Below the pieces are notes generated by a model, which saw only the letters and a program-made list of their open reading frames with translations, did not search any database and had not been told where the DNA came from. DNA of 64,000 nt from a virus. The position numbers and the translations under genes were made by a program. The DNA lies in the IMG/VR virus record IMGVR_UViG_3300026484_000157, positions 62,270 through 126,269 of that record. The stretch is one strand, 5' to 3'. Below, one piece after another: positions 31,707 through 41,999 of this stretch; the first letter of the stretch is position 1, and each line of letters opens with the position of its first letter.

Positions 31707-32178
31707 GAAGTCAGTACTCAGTTATGAATGTGAGATAAAAAGGTTAAATGAGTTAGTGAGAGTTTATAGATATGATTTTCTCACTAACCTTAAGATGAGG
31801 AGAGATTATTTTAATGATCTCAAAGAAAACAATAATAAATGGTTAACTATCATTGATATTAATGATCTTCATACATTGAATCGGCATCCTGATGGTGGAT
31901 ATGAAGCAGGTGATCGATTAATAATCGACACAGTAAATGCTCTGAAAGAAATATCTGAAACAGCAAATTTTAACAAAGATAATATCTACAGAATTGGTGG
32001 TGATGAATTTGCTATAATCAGTGACCACAAAATAGAACAGTATCTAACATCAATAGATAGAATAACTTTTGCTTCTGAAAAAATAATCCATAATACAGAC
32101 TACTTTAATTTAATAGATATGAAAATTAAAACTAAAAAGCGACTCCTTTATAAAAATGCAGAGAAAAGATCAAATTAA
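31684..32178 (+). CDS. GGDEF-domain protein (diguanylate cyclase-like)
   Basis: DFLTNL, IDINDLH..N....GYEAGD, YRIGGDEF. Confidence 0.8.
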   Translation: MMMVTLTKKSVLSYECEIKRLNELVRVYRYDFLTNLKMRRDYFNDLKENNNKWLTIIDINDLHTLNRHPDGGYEAGDRLIIDTVNALKEISETANFNKDNIYRIGGDEFAIISDHKIEQYLTSIDRITFASEKIIHNTDYFNLIDMKIKTKKRLLYKNAEKRSN

Positions 32179-32188
32179 AGGATAACAA

Positions 32189-32545
32189 ATGGTTTCACAC
32201 CTACTCTCAAATTTAGAGAATGAAGAAATAATTGCTAGAGTTCAAAAGATAATAGATGCAATATCTTTCAAAACAATCACATCATCAATGAATGGAGTTA
32301 ATCCATTAAGTGGTAGTTATGAATCTGCAAGTGCATCTGTAACTATCGATGCTGACATTTCAGATATCAATCATGACGATATAATGATTGCTAATGTCTG
32401 TCTGTCTTATTTAAACAGAAGAGCAGTTTTATTATCGTGGTATCAAACTGGACTAATTAAGTCTACTCAATATAAGGAACAATCTACACTTATCTTGGAT
32501 AGATCAACCAAATTATTAAATCAAATGGCAAAATCAAATGGTTAA
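32189..32545 (+). CDS. Hypothetical protein
   Basis: Promoter and AAGGATAACAAATG leader. Confidence 0.55.
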   Translation: MVSHLLSNLENEEIIARVQKIIDAISFKTITSSMNGVNPLSGSYESASASVTIDADISDINHDDIMIANVCLSYLNRRAVLLSWYQTGLIKSTQYKEQSTLILDRSTKLLNQMAKSNG

Positions 32546-33875
32546 TTATGAATTAGACCTTATTGGTCGGTTTGTTTCTGAAATGAAAGCCACAACAAAG
32601 GCAAAAGAAAAAGCACTTATTTTGGAACATTATCTACTTAATTACACTCATACTATTAGTAGAATTTACAAGATTGCTTTTGATAGTAATTATCAAACAT
32701 TCATAACTAGTGTTCCAAAAGCTAAAGAATTCTCTTATGATAAAGATGCATATGATTATTTTGTTGAACTTACTAATAGAATAATCAATGACAACGAACG
32801 AATCAAGCGAGATGAATGGGCACAATTGGTATTCCTTTTGCAACAGTCTGTTTCTGAAAAAATTCAAGCTATTCTTGGTGACATAATGATCAAAAAATTA
32901 ACTGTCGGTGCAGGTGTATCAAGTTATAATAAAATTGCTAAAAGGCTAGGATTGGATCTATTATTTGAGCATAAAGAGATGAAGGTTTCAAATTTGTCTG
33001 ATGCAGAAATAAACTGGGAATCTGGGGTTATGGTAGGCACAAAATATGATGGCTCAAATGGATCATATAAAAAAGGTATAATCTATAGCAGAAACGGAAG
33101 TCCAATTTTTACCAAACCAATGGAAGATGCATTAGAACCATTAATAGATAGTGGATATGTTATCTGTGGAGAACTTTATAATAAAGAAAGTAGACAATCT
33201 GCTAATGGTATTATAAATTCGTGTATAAAAATGGGATATGACACTAAATTACCAGTCGAGCAATTATCATTTGCAGTATTCGATGTAGTTCCAATTGAAG
33301 ATTATGAAAATGGACATTGTGCAATTCCCTATGAGGATAGAATTGCTAAGGCTGATGAGCTTATTGCTGAAATAAATCATCCAAAGATTCATGTAGTCGA
33401 ACAAACGATAGTCCATTCTATGTCTGAAGCATACAAGATGTATAGAGACATTAGATCAGACATCACTAAAATTGGCTATGAAGAAGGTATAATCATAAAT
33501 AACAGAGATGCAATTTATGAAGCCAAAAGATCTAAGTATCGTGCAAGAATTAAGGACAAACATACTGCAGACTTATATGTGAGAGGATGGAAACAACATA
33601 GAACTAATCCATCAATGGTTGGAAGTCTTCTTGTTGAAACTTCTGATAAAAGAATATCAGTTTGGGTTGGCTCAGGTCTAAAAGATTCACATATGATAGA
33701 TTTCTTTGAGAGAAGAGATAATCTAGATGGAATCATTGTTGAAATTGAATACAATCACATAATAAAAGGTAATAATGAGAGTGAATTCACTTTTTATTTA
33801 CCAGTCTTTAAGAGGGAACGAATAGATAAGTCTGATGTTAACTCATTCGATAATTTAGATGGAAAAATATTATAG
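32538..33875 (+). CDS. ATP-dependent DNA ligase
   Basis: KYDG, CGEL, FAVFD, EGIII, KRS, VGSG, LPVF..ER.DK. Confidence 0.92.
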   Translation: MVNYELDLIGRFVSEMKATTKAKEKALILEHYLLNYTHTISRIYKIAFDSNYQTFITSVPKAKEFSYDKDAYDYFVELTNRIINDNERIKRDEWAQLVFLLQQSVSEKIQAILGDIMIKKLTVGAGVSSYNKIAKRLGLDLLFEHKEMKVSNLSDAEINWESGVMVGTKYDGSNGSYKKGIIYSRNGSPIFTKPMEDALEPLIDSGYVICGELYNKESRQSANGIINSCIKMGYDTKLPVEQLSFAVFDVVPIEDYENGHCAIPYEDRIAKADELIAEINHPKIHVVEQTIVHSMSEAYKMYRDIRSDITKIGYEEGIIINNRDAIYEAKRSKYRARIKDKHTADLYVRGWKQHRTNPSMVGSLLVETSDKRISVWVGSGLKDSHMIDFFERRDNLDGIIVEIEYNHIIKGNNESEFTFYLPVFKRERIDKSDVNSFDNLDGKIL

Positions 33876-33885
33876 TGTTTTAATT

Positions 33886-33941
33886 TAAGGAGGATGTCGA
33901 AAGACATCCGAGTCCTTAGGTAGCACTTCCGATGCTACCTA
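33886..33941 (+). other. Tandem GC-rich hairpins (terminator or structured RNA)
   Basis: TAAGGA-GGATGTC-GAAA-GACATCC-..TCCTTA and TAGGTAGCA/TGCTACCTA. Confidence 0.55.
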
Positions 33942-33967
33942 TACAAACTACATAAGGAACGGATAAA

Positions 33968-34705
33968 ATGAAAATCAAAAATAAAAAATACCTAAGTAAC
34001 TGGAAGTGGAATACACTCAACGATATTATTGGTGATATCATGACTGATATCAATAGTGGAGAAGTGTTATCCTATGAGAGTTCAACTCCCAAATATATGG
34101 AATCACTAACAGAGAAATACCTCAACGATATTATTGAATTAAACGAAATGGAAATTCAATTTATCAATGACTATTTAATTTGGAAATCTGAAACAAAATA
34201 CAACAAGTTTCATTCATTTATTGGCAAGTCGGAATCAAAATTTGAATTTGTAAGCAGTAAATGTGACCAACTAATAAGATCAATAAAAGAAGGAATTGCA
34301 GAAGGTGTACCATCTGCCCAATTATATCCTTCAATTGTTCTTGCAAAACAAACTTTTCTTCTTCCAAAAGAGATATATAAGCTATTCTCGGCTTATATGA
34401 AGGTTGCACTGTTCTTAGATGAAAACAGAAAGCCTAAGGATCTTAAAGAGACTTTGGATACTGCAGCGAATTATTTAACCGACAATTACGATATTGAAGA
34501 ATTAATAATAGTCGTATCTGCTGATTATATTCCAGATGGTGGAATATCAGTATGCATCGAAAATGTCAATAATGGAGACTCAATCATAAAACATTTAAGA
34601 TCTGAGCTTGTGCATTGGGAATACAAAAATGACCTAAACCCAAACCATGATAACAATACAGGTGATGAAATTCCAATATTGTTATCCAAAGTTGAGGAGG
34701 ACTAA
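33968..34705 (+). CDS. Hypothetical protein
   Basis: 245-aa ORF. Confidence 0.55.
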   Translation: MKIKNKKYLSNWKWNTLNDIIGDIMTDINSGEVLSYESSTPKYMESLTEKYLNDIIELNEMEIQFINDYLIWKSETKYNKFHSFIGKSESKFEFVSSKCDQLIRSIKEGIAEGVPSAQLYPSIVLAKQTFLLPKEIYKLFSAYMKVALFLDENRKPKDLKETLDTAANYLTDNYDIEELIIVVSADYIPDGGISVCIENVNNGDSIIKHLRSELVHWEYKNDLNPNHDNNTGDEIPILLSKVEED

Positions 34706-34706
34706 C

Positions 34707-35249
34707 ATGAGTAAGGCAAAAGGGTCAGAATTCGAAAGAAAAATAGCAGGTATAATGAATAAAGCATTTATAGAACACACTGGTTTAGATAAGGCATTTA
34801 TAAGAAACATCCATTCAGGTGCATGGTATGGTGGTAAAAATGCACATAGAGCTGAGGGGGTAGGAGATAAGGATCTAAACACTGGAGATATAACTACTCC
34901 ATTGGATTTTATCTATACAATAGAATGTAAACATTATAAATCACCCCCAGCATTCAAGGGTTTCATTGATGGTAAAGTGAGTCAATGGGATACATGGATT
35001 GATCAAACAGAACAGGATTCTGCAACTTCAGGTAGATCATCAATGTTAATCATAAAGTACAATTTGGTTTCTGAAATAGCAATGATAAGAAAAGATGATT
35101 CTGCTCTTCTTAAAGACAAGAAACTGAATCCAATTCAGCCATTATTTTTGTTTGAGTCTAAAAATCATGGTACTTGGTATGCATACAATTTTAACAGATT
35201 AATTGCTGAGACACATATATCTAGTTGGTTTAATATTAATTTAGACTAA
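34707..35249 (+). CDS. Holliday junction resolvase (PD-(D/E)XK)
   Basis: MSKAKGSEFER, SGA, GDI, IECK. Confidence 0.82.
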   Translation: MSKAKGSEFERKIAGIMNKAFIEHTGLDKAFIRNIHSGAWYGGKNAHRAEGVGDKDLNTGDITTPLDFIYTIECKHYKSPPAFKGFIDGKVSQWDTWIDQTEQDSATSGRSSMLIIKYNLVSEIAMIRKDDSALLKDKKLNPIQPLFLFESKNHGTWYAYNFNRLIAETHISSWFNINLD

Positions 35250-35296
35250 TCACTCCCCTACAAGGGAATCAAGCCAATAAAAATAAAGGACTTAAT

Positions 35297-36475
35297 ATGG
35301 GAATAAATGAACTAGACAATGTCATGAAGGACATTCAAAAAACTTACAAAAAGAAGAATGATACAATAATCTACGATCCAGATAGAGAGAAGATTCCACT
35401 ATCATCAGGATCTGCAGTTATTGATTCACAACACAATGGTGGTCTATGTTATTTGGGCAGAATCACACAGCTTATGAGTTTAGAATCTGGTGGTAAAACA
35501 ACATTAGCCTTACAAACGGCTATATTAGCATGTAAGAATTATCCTGATAAGGGTGTAGTCTTCTTTGACATGGAACAACATATGGATTATACTTATCTTG
35601 AGATGTTATCAAGAAAATACGGATTCGATTCTGTTCCTAGCAATTTATACATTTTACAGCCAATGAATGCTGAAGAACTAGAAGATGTATGGCTCAAATT
35701 CATGGCTAAAAATGGTGATAAAATTGTATTAGCCATTATTGATTCAGTAGCAGCAACTAAACCAAAATCAATGTTAGAAAAAATTCATGGAGAATCAAGT
35801 CAAAAATCTCAACATGCAATGTTTTGGAACGATTTTATACCAAAAGTCAACAATGATGCTTCAAAATTCCAATTAGCAGTTTTATTAGTAAATCAGCTTA
35901 GAGCAGCACCATCTTTATCAAATATGGATAAGTTTAAAACTGGTGGACAGGTAGGACTAGGTGCAGGTGCATCGAATTTTGATACTGATATGACTCCAAC
36001 TGGTGGTAATGCACTTAGATATTACATTTCATGTTCATACATGTTATCTTGGTCAGGAAGAGTAAAAGAACAATTAGAAAACGATCAAACTGGTGAGATC
36101 GAAGATGTTGAGGTTTCAAATAAATATACAATCAGAAATGTTAAGAATAAAGTTGCAAGACCTTATTCAAAATCTAAATACATAATTAGATTTGGTGATG
36201 GTACTGATGATGCTCCAATCATTCTAGAAAGAATGAAAGAAATTGGCAGAATAACTAATCAAGGATCATTCTTATCTTATCATGCCAGAAATTCTGATTT
36301 AGACTTCAGAGTCAATGGTAAAGTAAAATTTAACGAAAAATTCATGATGCCAGATATATTGGCTGATGCAACAATTCAATATATAGATTCATATAAATCA
36401 GATTTTGAAATGCCAGAACTGGATGATGACGATAATGATGATATGGACGGTTTATTAGAAGAAGTAGAAGTTTAA
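35297..36475 (+). CDS. recA: RecA-like recombinase
   Basis: ESGGKTT, FFDME, IIDSVAA, VNQLR, PTGGNALRYY, VKNKVARPY. Confidence 0.92.
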   Translation: MGINELDNVMKDIQKTYKKKNDTIIYDPDREKIPLSSGSAVIDSQHNGGLCYLGRITQLMSLESGGKTTLALQTAILACKNYPDKGVVFFDMEQHMDYTYLEMLSRKYGFDSVPSNLYILQPMNAEELEDVWLKFMAKNGDKIVLAIIDSVAATKPKSMLEKIHGESSQKSQHAMFWNDFIPKVNNDASKFQLAVLLVNQLRAAPSLSNMDKFKTGGQVGLGAGASNFDTDMTPTGGNALRYYISCSYMLSWSGRVKEQLENDQTGEIEDVEVSNKYTIRNVKNKVARPYSKSKYIIRFGDGTDDAPIILERMKEIGRITNQGSFLSYHARNSDLDFRVNGKVKFNEKFMMPDILADATIQYIDSYKSDFEMPELDDDDNDDMDGLLEEVEV

Positions 36476-36498
36476 ACTTCTTCTAAAGGACTCAGAAA

Positions 36499-36879
36499 AT
36501 GTCAATACTAAATCAAGAAACATGTGAATACAATACAGACCTGATAGATGATATTATGCTATCAGTATTAGATGGTGCTGAAATTACCATTCCAATATAT
36601 AGAAGAATTATTGAGTTTCAAATATCTGAGTTTACAAAGAATTCGGATGAAGATGATCAATCGGAAGATCAGGCAATAATAATATTCAAAACAAATGACA
36701 TTATTAAAAATGATATAACCCCAGATATGGAACATTTTGTATCTGGTTATATTTATAGATCAATAGTGGAGATACTTAAAAATTCCATTATTATTGATGA
36801 GAATAGTATTCAATTCTCTGTTTCTCTTGACCATTTGGCTGACCAATATGAAGTAACAATCTACATTTCAGAAAGATAA
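36499..36879 (+). CDS. Hypothetical protein
   Basis: SD-led ORF. Confidence 0.5.
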   Translation: MSILNQETCEYNTDLIDDIMLSVLDGAEITIPIYRRIIEFQISEFTKNSDEDDQSEDQAIIIFKTNDIIKNDITPDMEHFVSGYIYRSIVEILKNSIIIDENSIQFSVSLDHLADQYEVTIYISER

Positions 36880-36991
36880 TATTAAATCTACACTTCCTTA
36901 TTTTTATAAAACAACATATCAAAATAAGGAAGAACAAAATGCCTGATGAAATACCAACTACTCCAAAATCAATATTAAATGGAGATTATTA

Positions 36992-38269
36992 ATGACAAAT
37001 TTTACATTAAAGAACTTTCAATCCCATAAAAACACCACTATAACTATTGATGGATTTACAATTATAAAAGGGTCATCTAATGGTGGGAAATCTGCAATAA
37101 GAAGAGCAATATCATGTCTATTATTTAATGAATATGATAAATCTTATATAAGAAACTCGGCAACATCACTAGAATTGGAACTAGATGATGGAACAAACAT
37201 CTTCAAACTTTCAAAGCCTAAAAATTCATACCTAGTGAATGGAAAGGAATTTCCAAAAATTGGTAAAGATGTGCCTGAGAAATTCAAACAGCTCGGCATT
37301 GACTATTTTGTTGCAGATGGCACGAAACATAATCTAATATCTAGTTCACAACTAGATCCTTTATTCATGCTAACATATTCTGATCAAGATAATACAAGAA
37401 TTCTAAACAAGATATTCTCTGTTGAAAGATACGAATTGGCATCTAAGGATGTGAAGAAAGATAAAGATAATCTAAGAAAAGAAAACAAGATATTTAGAGA
37501 ACAACTATCTGAAGAAAAAGGTCATAGAAACTTACTATCTGATTCTCTTGACCTTACTACAAGAGCAATAGAAGTAATGGATAAACTGGAGTCATTAGAT
37601 AATCACAATCTTGCTCTGTCTAAATATAATTCATTGTATTACGAATCAAGAAAAATAAAAGATTCAATCACTGAATTGGAGGAACTAGTTAGTAGATACA
37701 CTCTTCTTAAGAACAGCATAAGTAACATAGATAAGCATCTAGGAGATGAACTACAATTATCCAATGTTCAAGATCAATCTTCCAAATTAGTGAGTTTATT
37801 TGGATATTATGATAAGTTAATGAACATTCAGGTTATTTCTTCATTTTTGAAACAATTAGATAATATTGACATTGCCAAAAGCCATTTAACTGATATTTCC
37901 ACTAAGATTAATAAAGGCATGATGTCAATAGACAAAATCGATACAATAGTAAGACAGAGTGATTCTGCAAGAGATAAGATTAACAAAATCACAGAATTCA
38001 CTGCTCTTATTGATAAACTTACCACTAACAATTTAGAACATAACAAAACATTGATGGCTCTGAACGATCTGTCATCAAAAAGTGATCAATTCACTCAACA
38101 TAATGATAACATTATGGTTATTGCAAGAACTATTGACATTATAGCAATTTATGATAAGAAAAAGGATCAATTAAGTAGAATTCCTTTAAAGATTAAAGAG
38201 CTAGAAGAACAACTTCCAGAAACATGTCCGACATGTGGACAAGATATAAAGGATAATCAATGTCATTAA
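36992..38269 (+). CDS. sbcC: SbcC/Rad50 N-terminal half
   Basis: LKNFQSH, GSSNGGKS Walker A, Q-loop, coiled coil, zinc hook CPTCGQ at the C-terminus. Confidence 0.85.
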   Translation: MTNFTLKNFQSHKNTTITIDGFTIIKGSSNGGKSAIRRAISCLLFNEYDKSYIRNSATSLELELDDGTNIFKLSKPKNSYLVNGKEFPKIGKDVPEKFKQLGIDYFVADGTKHNLISSSQLDPLFMLTYSDQDNTRILNKIFSVERYELASKDVKKDKDNLRKENKIFREQLSEEKGHRNLLSDSLDLTTRAIEVMDKLESLDNHNLALSKYNSLYYESRKIKDSITELEELVSRYTLLKNSISNIDKHLGDELQLSNVQDQSSKLVSLFGYYDKLMNIQVISSFLKQLDNIDIAKSHLTDISTKINKGMMSIDKIDTIVRQSDSARDKINKITEFTALIDKLTTNNLEHNKTLMALNDLSSKSDQFTQHNDNIMVIARTIDIIAIYDKKKDQLSRIPLKIKELEEQLPETCPTCGQDIKDNQCH

Positions 38270-39213
38270 AATATGCAACAATTAAAGATCCACACCTACG
38301 ATTTGGATTTAATAAGCCAGTTGGTCGGTCTGAAAGTTTCTTTGATGAAATTTCTGCCAAATTAGATTACATAAGACAAGAAATGAATAATAAAGATATT
38401 AAGCTTTTGATCATACCAGGGGATATATTAGATATAAAAGCACCTCATAAATATACTTATGTTCAAATCAACAAGATCATTAAGGAGCTAGAAAAATTTA
38501 CAAATGATGGGATTAAAATCTTAACCATTGCAGGTAACCATGATTTGCCATTTTCATCAATTGAGAAGAAGCCAGATTCTATTTATCAATTTCTAGTAAA
38601 CAATAACTATATAATTTCTGTGGCTGATGATCCATATATAACTGATGAATATGAGATACATGGGATCGACTATTCATCACCAGAAGAATCAGTGTTTGAA
38701 AAACTAGATACAATACATGCCAAATTGGATACAAATAAGCACAATATTGTATTAATGCACCAACATTTCATCCCTGATGGTAAAGATACATTAGATTTTG
38801 TTTCTTTTTTCAAATATAGTAGCCTTACAAAGTATGAATTGGTAAATACCTTTATAATGGGACATTTACATAAAGGATATAATCCAGTCTTTCATAAAAA
38901 TAAAACCAGAGATCAATGGTATATAAACCAATGGTCACCTGTCCGATTAGCAAGGGATTACTACTCTGTCAATGACAAACATATACCTACAATGGTAACA
39001 TATATTGATAATGAGTTTACTACTATTGAATTGCCTTGCAAATCATTTGATGATTCATTCATAAAAATGGAACTGAAAAATGATAAGTCATTTAATGACG
39101 GACTGGATAAATTTATCAAAGGTATGAAAGGTGCATCATTAGATACAGAAGATCTAATTCCACCAGAGGAAATTAAGGAAAAGGTAATGCATTACCTACA
39201 AAAACATGAATAA
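38260..39213 (+). CDS. sbcD: SbcD/Mre11 metallophosphoesterase nuclease
   Basis: DPH, GDILD, GNHD, MHQ, GHLH. Confidence 0.88.
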   Translation: MSLKYATIKDPHLRFGFNKPVGRSESFFDEISAKLDYIRQEMNNKDIKLLIIPGDILDIKAPHKYTYVQINKIIKELEKFTNDGIKILTIAGNHDLPFSSIEKKPDSIYQFLVNNNYIISVADDPYITDEYEIHGIDYSSPEESVFEKLDTIHAKLDTNKHNIVLMHQHFIPDGKDTLDFVSFFKYSSLTKYELVNTFIMGHLHKGYNPVFHKNKTRDQWYINQWSPVRLARDYYSVNDKHIPTMVTYIDNEFTTIELPCKSFDDSFIKMELKNDKSFNDGLDKFIKGMKGASLDTEDLIPPEEIKEKVMHYLQKHE

Positions 39214-39228
39214 ATCAAAGGAGATATA

Positions 39229-39462
39229 GTGATAGACAAACTAAAACAAACAATTGAGAAGCTGAAGATTAAAGAGGGGATTCTTAAATCTGAACTTGAA
39301 ACTTTAGAAGAACAAGTAGCCACTGGTAAGGCAAACATGAGAGAATTATTTGGTACTGATGATGTAAAAGAGCTTGAAAACATAAAATCTGGCTTAGAAC
39401 AATCAGTTAGTGAACTAGAGGCTCAAATAAACGAGATTACTAAAGATCTCAATCTTAATTAA
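39229..39462 (+). CDS. Small coiled-coil protein, possible SbcC arm segment
   Basis: Heptad-rich 77 aa directly after sbcD. Confidence 0.5.
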   Translation: MIDKLKQTIEKLKIKEGILKSELETLEEQVATGKANMRELFGTDDVKELENIKSGLEQSVSELEAQINEITKDLNLN

Positions 39463-39473
39463 AGGAGGACAAG

Positions 39474-39716
39474 ATGAGTAAAGCAATTTTATTTGAATCA
39501 CAATTAGTTGAACATTTTGCAGACACTTCAAATTCATATCTATATAAAGTAGAAGATGATGGTACAATAACTTGTAATATGTGTAGTGATTTTGAAATAC
39601 ATAAATGTGAAGAGCATGATGATGAGATTTTAAGTGATGAAACACTACTATTTGAAGGCTCTTGTGGAGAAGGTATTAACTTCAACCCAATAACAAAACA
39701 ATTGAAAAAGGTATAA
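39474..39716 (+). CDS. Small hypothetical protein
   Basis: GGAGG SD. Confidence 0.55.
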   Translation: MSKAILFESQLVEHFADTSNSYLYKVEDDGTITCNMCSDFEIHKCEEHDDEILSDETLLFEGSCGEGINFNPITKQLKKV

Positions 39717-39717
39717 T

Positions 39718-40779
39718 ATGAACAAAATAGAATTCACACTAACACATGAACAAATGGCTGAGCTGAAAACTGCCACTGCACCAATTTCTGCAAATTCACT
39801 GTTAGTAAATGCAACAAATGATGGTGTTTCTTTTAACATCTATGATCAACAATCTTATGAGGGTACTGTAAAGTTCCCAATTATTTCTGATGGTACAGGT
39901 AACTTTACAATAAGTAAAAATATGCTAAACAGCATTTTCTCGGTTATGGGTGCAAAAACAACATTTACTGTTGATGATACATTACTTACTGTAGATATTG
40001 ATGGTACAAAACTGAACATCAACCTACCATATGATCAAGACTCAGGTGCATATATTCCACCAATGGAGGGTGCAGAACTGGTTGCTGAGATTCCAAAAGA
40101 TAGATTTCAACAAATTATCAATCTTATGAATGTATCAAATGACAGTGATGCAGGTGCATCTAAGATCATAGAATTTGCTGAAACAAGTAAATCAGGTAAT
40201 GGTCTTCAAGTAAATATTGTTGAGACTCCAGAATTTGCAGAAGTTAAGATTCCATTGACTGGCTTATTTTATGGAATTGCTAAGATGTTTGCAACACTTA
40301 CAAAAGACAATGTTTCTGTTTATCTAAATAAAGAAGCAGGGGTAGTTATTTTCACAACCTCTTACACAACTTATTGGTCTGCTCTAAACCAATATGATTT
40401 TCCAACTGATTACATTGAGGGTGATAAACAAGAAGAGACTGAATCTTTCACACTTAAAAATGTGAATCCAATAGTGTCATCATTGAAAAAATTATCGATC
40501 CCACTTATTGGTATCAGTAATCCTTTTATCTCATTAAAAACAATGAAAGATGGTAGATTGAATTTATCAGTTACTGATCTAGGTAACAGAATCAGTCATG
40601 CATTTGCTGATATTGAGATGCACACAGAGTTAGACGATGAGCTAGTTCAAATCTCAATCAAATCAATGTCATCGATTTTATCAAAATGTCCATCTGAAGA
40701 TATCGAAGTATCATTCAGAGAGACTCTTGTTAAATTCAGATTCGATGGATATTCTGCTTATTTAGGTAAATTCCTATAA
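39718..40779 (+). CDS. Putative DNA sliding clamp (beta-clamp-like)
   Basis: 353 aa; three repeated alpha/beta domains with clamp-like spacing; replication context. Confidence 0.55.
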   Translation: MNKIEFTLTHEQMAELKTATAPISANSLLVNATNDGVSFNIYDQQSYEGTVKFPIISDGTGNFTISKNMLNSIFSVMGAKTTFTVDDTLLTVDIDGTKLNINLPYDQDSGAYIPPMEGAELVAEIPKDRFQQIINLMNVSNDSDAGASKIIEFAETSKSGNGLQVNIVETPEFAEVKIPLTGLFYGIAKMFATLTKDNVSVYLNKEAGVVIFTTSYTTYWSALNQYDFPTDYIEGDKQEETESFTLKNVNPIVSSLKKLSIPLIGISNPFISLKTMKDGRLNLSVTDLGNRISHAFADIEMHTELDDELVQISIKSMSSILSKCPSEDIEVSFRETLVKFRFDGYSAYLGKFL

Positions 40780-40988
40780 GCTCAATAGCATCTCTTCTAG
40801 GCATAGTCGGTGCACTATGCCTAGCAATGAATATTGGATACAATCTTGAATCCTATTATATATTCACAGTCTCATCAATCTTATGGATCAAATATGGATT
40901 TACGATCAAAAATAACCCACTTATTATAATGAATTTGGTGTTTATTGTAATAGACTTAATAGGTATATATAATTATGGTAATAACTAA
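40776..40988 (+). CDS. Small 3-TM membrane protein (PnuC/SemiSWEET-like), non-canonical start
   Basis: Frame reads ISSIASLLGIVGALCLAMNIG...SSILWIKYG...NLVFIVIDLIGIYNY; in-frame TAA at 40767; AGGT before ATA 40776. Confidence 0.55.
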   Translation: MSSIASLLGIVGALCLAMNIGYNLESYYIFTVSSILWIKYGFTIKNNPLIIMNLVFIVIDLIGIYNYGNN

Positions 40989-41999
40989 AATAAAAAGAAC
41001 ATTTCATTTATATATAACATGTAGAATAAAGGGACACGATAATGAGTTCACATTTCATCATAATGGGTGGAAAAAGGGAACATTCCAGACTCACCGTCCA
41101 ATCCCACTATATCAGGCAAAATGTGTAAGGTGTAATAGATATTACGGAGAAAAACAAGAATTTTAAAGGAAAAATATGATAAAGTTATCAGTAGTAGCAT
41201 GTAATTTACTAGCAAAAGTAAATGTTAACATCATGAACATGGAATTAGAAAAAATTAAATCAAAGAATGAGCTGAATATAACCTATGCTAAAAACAAAGC
41301 GGTTGTTCAACATTCATTAGGTTACCTACCTGAAAATATCTCAGTTTCAGAAACTGATGACAGGGATATCATTGATAAGATGATGCATTTATTCGAGGAT
41401 CAACCAAGAAAGATAGATTTGATGCTTGTTCACAAATCATTGGTAGAGTCATTATTGAACTCATTAACAAAATATGACCATAAAGACAAAATATCTGTAG
41501 ATAACGGACTTATTGGTACAATTTGGGGTATTCCATTTTATGACTTCACTGATGAATATGAAATGTGGAAGATCATAACAGATAATACAACTGATGGAGT
41601 AATTCCAAATTATAGAGTATTAGTACCTGAGGATTACTAATCATGTCTGTTCAAATATCTTGCCTTGAGCAAATTTCACCAGATAGATGGACTGCCAGTC
41701 TGTCACTATTCGATTGTTCTAATCAATCGAATAGCAATATAGAGCAAATTAATTGTTATGCCAATTCTAAGGAAGAGGCTGAAACAAAATTAATAGAATC
41801 ATATAGAAATCTGATTGGTACAAGATTAGATATGCTCACTAAGGATTCTACTAGATTAGAAGCCAGAAAACAGGAGCTTCAATTAGAAATTGACACTTAT
41901 GAGGAAGATGACACTACTTTGTCTGAGAATGAGCTTGGTGTTGTTGAAGATGAGTTGAAAGAAATTTACAACAAAATGGAGAAACTACAATGGTTATAA
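40975..41999 (+). CDS. Three hypothetical genes (40975-41166, 41176-41640, 41643-41999)
   Basis: Packed ORFs. Confidence 0.5.
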
